Assembly (NCBI GenBank): GCA_000934665.2 | Contig: KZ538115.1 | Span: 62,001-121,360, forward strand | From: Catajapyx aquilonaris | Taxonomy: Eukaryota | Reading direction: 5' to 3' | Length of the DNA: 59,360 nt | Shown here: positions 54,157 to 59,360 of the stretch, piece after piece | How the letters are laid out: each line of letters starts with the position of its first letter | How positions within the stretch are numbered: position 1 is the stretch's first letter | Made by a program: the position numbers and the translations under genes | The notes under the pieces: generated by a model | Databases searched by the model: none | What the model saw: only the letters and a program-made list of their open reading frames with translations | Told to the model about the DNA's origin: nothing

Positions 54157-56671
54157 GGTTGCAAAAAAAAGCTAATGAGAGGACCAGTTTTTTTTCAGGC
54201 CCCAAATTAGCTCAATATACGGGGCCAAGCCGCAAATGTATGCTAACAGCCGGGTTGCAAATTAATATCGCATTTCGCACGATATGATGCAGCTGAAACC
54301 TGTCAATGAAATTAATTCTCCTGGCGAAAGGATGAGGCGATATTTTATGCGGCGCGTGGGCGTGATGGTATTGGAAGAAAACGAATGACTCAATAAAGAG
54401 CGGATATGGAAAAGGCATTAACCAGCGTGGTTTGGGTTCGTCACGAAAGATATTAATAGCCCCCCTCCCCCCAGAATTAATTTCCGCAGCGTTTATTTTC
54501 CCAGGGTGATTAAGTCCAGTTTGAATTAAAGGTTATTGCGCTGTGGGCATGAAATATGGACCACCAAGTAAATGGAACTGCCTAATATTTTGTATCATTT
54601 TTTAAATGTTCATAAACTAATGCTTTTTTACAACGAAAAAAAATCAAGGTAGGTGACAAGCAAGTAATAACTTTTGACACTTGTTACATGCTGTATTTGC
54701 AGATAAGCCTTGTACTGCAATATCCAGGCAGCTCAAAACCTGGTATTGATGAATTAGGGGAACCCGTTAGTTGAGCTGCAATCTCGGAGCAGATCGATCA
54801 GGTGATTGTGCAGGTGCTTACCCTTGCTTACCAAAATTAGCTCTCACGGTATCGGTTAATTGCAGGCTGGAAACGAGAAGCGCTAATTTCCTACTCGGCT
54901 GCCTCTTGTTGGTCCCTGGATCATTTTTTTTTGTATGTGTGTGTGCAAAAAGCCCGCTCCATTTATTTATGCAAGTGTCAGGTAGGGGATGAGTGCATAT
55001 TGGGGTGAAAGAATCTCCCTGAAACATCACGAGCAGCGACAGGAAAAATCATTATTATTTATGATAATTCTCATTTGATTGGTCGCTGAAGAGGCTCTCG
55101 TCCGGAAAAGTCCGGAAGCCCCATGCAAAATAATCCTGTTAAATGACGAACGAGCGAATCCTCTCGTACCAAAAAAATGGACGTCAGTAGAACACCAAAC
55201 CCTTCCGAATAAAGAGTTTCATTTTAATAAATAATCTCTCACCCACAACCTCCCCAACCCACAGTGAGCGTCAGAAGCAAGCAGCAGAGCGGAAAAATGG
55301 CAAGGTTGATCTATCCCTAGCGCTATTTTTCTTTCATTACGAACCACCGTTTTCTCTCCCATCCCCGCTGCAAACGCCTGCTTCTATTTGGATTTCATTT
55401 GACTTTTACGCAGCAGACCGGGTGAGAAAGTGCGAAACATTGCGCGGTGCAAAATTATTTTTTACAAAAAAAGAAAAAAACAGATTTGCTTCCGGTCGGA
55501 TAAACATGTGGAAGTTAGACGCAAATTTTTGTGTGTGTGCTATGCAAGAAAGTGGGTAGGTCTTAGTAATGAATTAATTTCCACCCTGAAGCTAAGGACC
55601 CGTTACTTTTCGACCAAAATTGATAATACTTTCACCCACTAATTATAGCTCCGTAGCTTGCAGAAAGAACGCGGTAAAGTTGAGAACATGAAATTTTTTT
55701 GCCCCCTTCCGATTTCTGGGCTGTAGTTTCCGCAGATATTAAAATTGTAAAAGGCTGTCTTGGCTCTGTACCCATTTTTGGCTGATGTGAGATGGAATGA
55801 CTCGCATGACTTTCCAGCCTTTTTTTTGGTGGGAGCTTGGGTATGCCCTGTATAACACCTTTTTATTACCAGTTCGGCGCTTGGGTGAGAGAAATATACG
55901 ACGCCCAAGGTAGTTATTCTCATCTTTCTGTTACAATTGCTGAAGGGAAAGAGAGGGGAAAAAAAGGTGCTGTAGCCAACAGATTATTGCAAAGTTGCAG
56001 CTAGTTTAAATTTTTATAAACTTTTTTTTCGGGCCAAACAAATTGGGGGCATCTGCTGCTTGAAGGACATGCACGGGGCGTAACATAATATATTACATCA
56101 GAACTGGTTATTTTGTTTCTATTTTAGCATGGTGCTGGATGATTAGAAGCTAGTAATGCCCCCTCGCGTGTGGGTGCGGAAAAAAAATATTCTGATTAAC
56201 GGCATGCAAAAATTGTGTATTTCATTCAAAATCCGGCAACATTTTGATGATGGGCAAGAGTTGTTCAGGACTCATTAAATTATTGCTTTCTTCCGGGCTT
56301 AAAAGTTGACCTTATTTTTTGTCCATTGGTCAGTACACATGTTTCGTTTTTATGAAGCAAATTTCCATATGAATGTACGCTCTCTGTACGTTATATAATA
56401 TGCCTCTCAGTTGAAGTATATTTTCCGCTTTTTTTCCACTTGAAATAGTACCCATTCCTCTTTTGATGTATTTCCTCCCAAGTGACTCAATCAATCAATT
56501 CTGAAAGGAATATTTCCATCGATCTGACTAAAAACTTTGCTCAAGTCGACAGAGGAAGACTTGAGTAATTGAGTCAATTTGACGAGGGGAAAAAAGTTTA
56601 CGTACACGTTATTTCAAGTACATTGCAATAATTTAGACGGTAAACTTCTATAGATTATTTTTTTTTATTAG

Positions 56672-56693
56672 CACAACCGAGTGCGCACCCACA
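56672..56693 (+). repeat. Terminal fragment of the 4919-4995 fold-back family
   Basis: CACAACCGAGTGCGCACCCACA matches CACAACCGACTGCGCACCCACA (4922-4943) at 21/22. The partner end is not clearly preserved. Confidence 0.6.
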
Positions 56694-57915
56694 CTTGCAC
56701 CACGTTGCCACTGTTACTCCGCGTGGGCCGAATCCACACCGGCCTTGGCAACATCGCAAAAGTCATCCATATTGTTACCCACTTAAGAGTAGTGTTGGAA
56801 CTGCTGTGTTGCGCTCATATAAAAAATTCATCTATAGTATAGCTTCAACTTTGAATTGATGGCTTGGTTCGCAAATTCTTTTCGCCTATTATTTACTCCT
56901 AGCCTAGAAACCTTGAGACATCCCTGCAGTCAAGTCCAGATTTCCTAGCAGCCCCGAAAATCCGACGGAATCAAGGCTCCCTCAGAGGGGGTTTTAAATT
57001 ATTCCGTAAGGTGTGCAGTGGACGTCAGGTAACCCAGAGATAAATTTTCAACCCTTTATCTCTGGAGGAGAAAAGGGGGGGAAAAAAAGGTGGGAGGATC
57101 CAGACAAAAAAAAAAAATGTAGCTGTAAGGTAAAAAAGTATCCCCGTCAATCTTGGCCCTTGTTTTTTTTTTTCGGGGGTTCTCCCTCCCCACGTTTTGC
57201 AGTCGCAATTCTGAGAGCCACCCATCCTAACCTACCCCACCCACACCCAGACCCTCGCCACAGCAGGCAGACGTCCGCCATATTCCGGAGAGAGGATGGC
57301 TCTAGGATGGCATTAGTGGGGGTCTGAACGGGCTTGGAAATGGCTGCTGTGGCTTTCCACATGCACGCTCCAGGATATAGGCAGGGGGCTCTATCTGCAC
57401 CGCTTGACGAGAAAGGAGGGATTGTAGTTCCCAGGAAGTTGGCTTATGATTGCCATTCTTCAGGTGCAGAGGAGGAAGGAAGCTGGGGGGGGGGAAAAAA
57501 GGGAAAAAAAGAAGGTGATCCCATGCCATGTCCCATGAATGAAAATGTAACCAAATTATTTGTAAGTAGTGCTGAATCCTGCTGTTTCCAAGCCTGAAAT
57601 CTATAGTAAGAAAATATATGACCAAGAACAGCAAGCCGCAGAGTGTACATTGTCAACCTCCCGTAGCTCGAAGCCAGGTTTATAATTCATAAAGACTCTT
57701 ATTGACTTGCGGGGGCCTCTGTAAATGTAAAGTGCACTGAAAGTCTATCTCTTGCTACTCTGAGACTCAACTTTTGCAGTCCTGCTCTATACTATATTTC
57801 CCTTCGGATTACATGCATGCTTCACTTACACGCAAATACTACATTGCATTCAAGTGAAGTCCACGAAGTTTAGAAAGACCAAGAGATTTTCTCGGACTGT
57901 ACGTTATACTGTAGG

Positions 57916-58267
57916 CAGCAGGGAGCATATACTACATAAGAGGAGCAAACATTCGATTTCCGCGTCTCTCTGTTTGGGGCGTTGCCAAAGCTGGCTGCCA
58001 TTTTGAAGTGGGCAACGCCAACGAGGAATAAATAGGGTACAGGCAAAAATAGGGTCCGCCATCTTTGATTCGCGCGTGTTCTTGCCTTGAAGTTGCCATG
58101 GCCGCCAAAACCATCAAAGATGGCGGACCCTATATTTGCCTGTACCCTATTTATACCTCGCTGACGTTGCCCACACTTCAAAATGACCGCCAGCCTTGGC
58201 AACGGCCCCAAACAGAGAGACGCTTACATCAAAGGCGCCGACAGAAGTATAATGTTGCTCCCTGCTG
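57916..58267. mobile_element. 352-bp fold-back MITE with CAG...CTG tips
   Basis: Perfect 12-bp terminal IR CAGCAGGGAGCA/TGCTCCCTGCTG and ~110-bp internal arms at 57962-58069 and 58113-58223. TAGG lies directly on both flanks (57912-57915, 58268-58271), a candidate 4-bp TSD. Confidence 0.9.
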
Positions 58268-58423
58268 TAGGTTTCATTATATTAATGTGAATTGTTGTCT
58301 GTGCTGATTTTTTTAAACATTTATTTATTAACGGCTAATTAGGAGTCGGATACACCTGGTCCAATTACGTGAAAACAACATTTTTTTTGGACATGAGTAG
58401 CATAAGTTTTTATCCGACCAGCT

Positions 58424-58475
58424 GTGACCTATAGATGGCATCGAGCCTAGCGCTCGAATGCACGCCATCTGTCAC
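58424..58475. repeat. Small bulged hairpin
   Basis: Nested complementary blocks GTGAC/GTCAC, AGATGGC/GCCATCT and TCGAGC/GCTCGA. Confidence 0.55.
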
Positions 58476-59360
58476 CTTCACTGACTAGCAGCCAGCTAGT
58501 CCATTTGTTATATCACTACTGGTAGCTCTCACATTGTATATCTCATTAACAAAAAAAAATGTTGGCAATAGCTGCAGATAGGAGTGCCCTTGAATAAAAC
58601 CCCTGCGCCTATCACCACAACATGAATCTCTTTCAAGCGTAGGGGGACTAAAGCGATTTATGATCCGTGACATTGTTGTTCTCCTCTGGGGAGCATAAAA
58701 TTATGATCTACTTCACACAGTTGAATTATAGCGCCAGCTGCGCCATTCACGCCCATATTAGATGTTTTCCAACAAGGATTACGCGTGTTAGAGGATTTTT
58801 AACTGCGTAAATTCATTACGAGGTCCATGTTGTTGTTGTTGTTTGTTGCTCAACCGTGATTTCCAGGTGCGGGGGTTGGTAAAATGAATAATCTCTGCTG
58901 TAATTGAACGGCGGAAAAGAAAGCTCGTGTAATTATAACTCGGGCGGGCTGGTAGCTAACTTAATATTAATATTGCACGTAATATCTTGGGGAGGATGTC
59001 CCATTAAATAAAAAGCGGTGTACCGCATGATTCGACTATGTTTACACGCAAAGTTGATAGACCGCTGCTTTTTTTTAAAACACCACCGACTAAAAGTGAC
59101 TACCACTGTCATAATATTTAAAAAAAGGACAGACACTGTCCCATAGGACGTACATTTATAAAACCGCAGTGCATCTCTAGTACTGTGCCGTACCTGGTAG
59201 TAAAAGTTTTAAAGCTTGGAAGAGGGGTAAAAAATACATGAGCTAAAAATGTGGAAGAGTTTTAAAAAAGAGGCATTTTGCTTGTGTGAAAAAGCGTAGA
59301 ATTAGTGAAGAGCGTTCCCGGTTTTTTTTTTCGAGGCAAAAAGTCAGTTCTTTTTAGCAG

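Larger units (their letters stand above)
1..59360. other. Non-coding metazoan genomic DNA (gene desert or large intron); no confident protein-coding exon
   Basis: All ORFs are <=175 aa, overlap on both strands, are biased to homopolymer-encoded F/K/G/P runs and show no recognisable domain. Microsatellites, long homopolymers and MITE-like repeats are abundant, and there is no operon-like density. Short internal exons cannot be excluded by eye. Confidence 0.8.

Noticed and set aside
57932..58307. Two apparently paralogous ORFs sharing IKDGGPY.CLYPIY on opposite strands
   Set aside because: Artefact of translating the two arms of the fold-back MITE.

Overview
This 59 kb window is eukaryotic and essentially non-coding. 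It is most likely from an invertebrate animal; the TTAGG/CCTAA repeats point to an arthropod, which is an inference. No ORF in the track resembles a protein family I recognise: the longest is 175 aa, and many run through homopolymers or microsatellites. I found no rRNA, tRNA, CRISPR array or known miRNA by eye. The window reads as a gene desert or very large intron, in which GC-richer blocks (long G/C runs, GA repeats, TAAT motifs) alternate with AT-rich spacers. Supportable features are: (1) about ten short non-autonomous transposon-like or fold-back elements, including two copies of a DINE-1/Helentron-like element with different 5' ends, two copies of a Harbinger-like MITE and several CACTA-like fold-backs; (2) a palindromic minisatellite built from the arthropod telomere pentamer; (3) a probable LINE 3' tail; (4) a duplicated 50-55 bp unique module; (5) an excess of TACAGTA/TACTGTA, the Tc1-type excision footprint, with six copies in about 510 bp; and (6) an assembly gap inside a poly-C run. 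I cannot demonstrate a new biological system from the sequence alone. The best leads are the telomere-pentamer palindromic array, the footprint hotspot and the terminus-swapped Helentron/Helitron pair.
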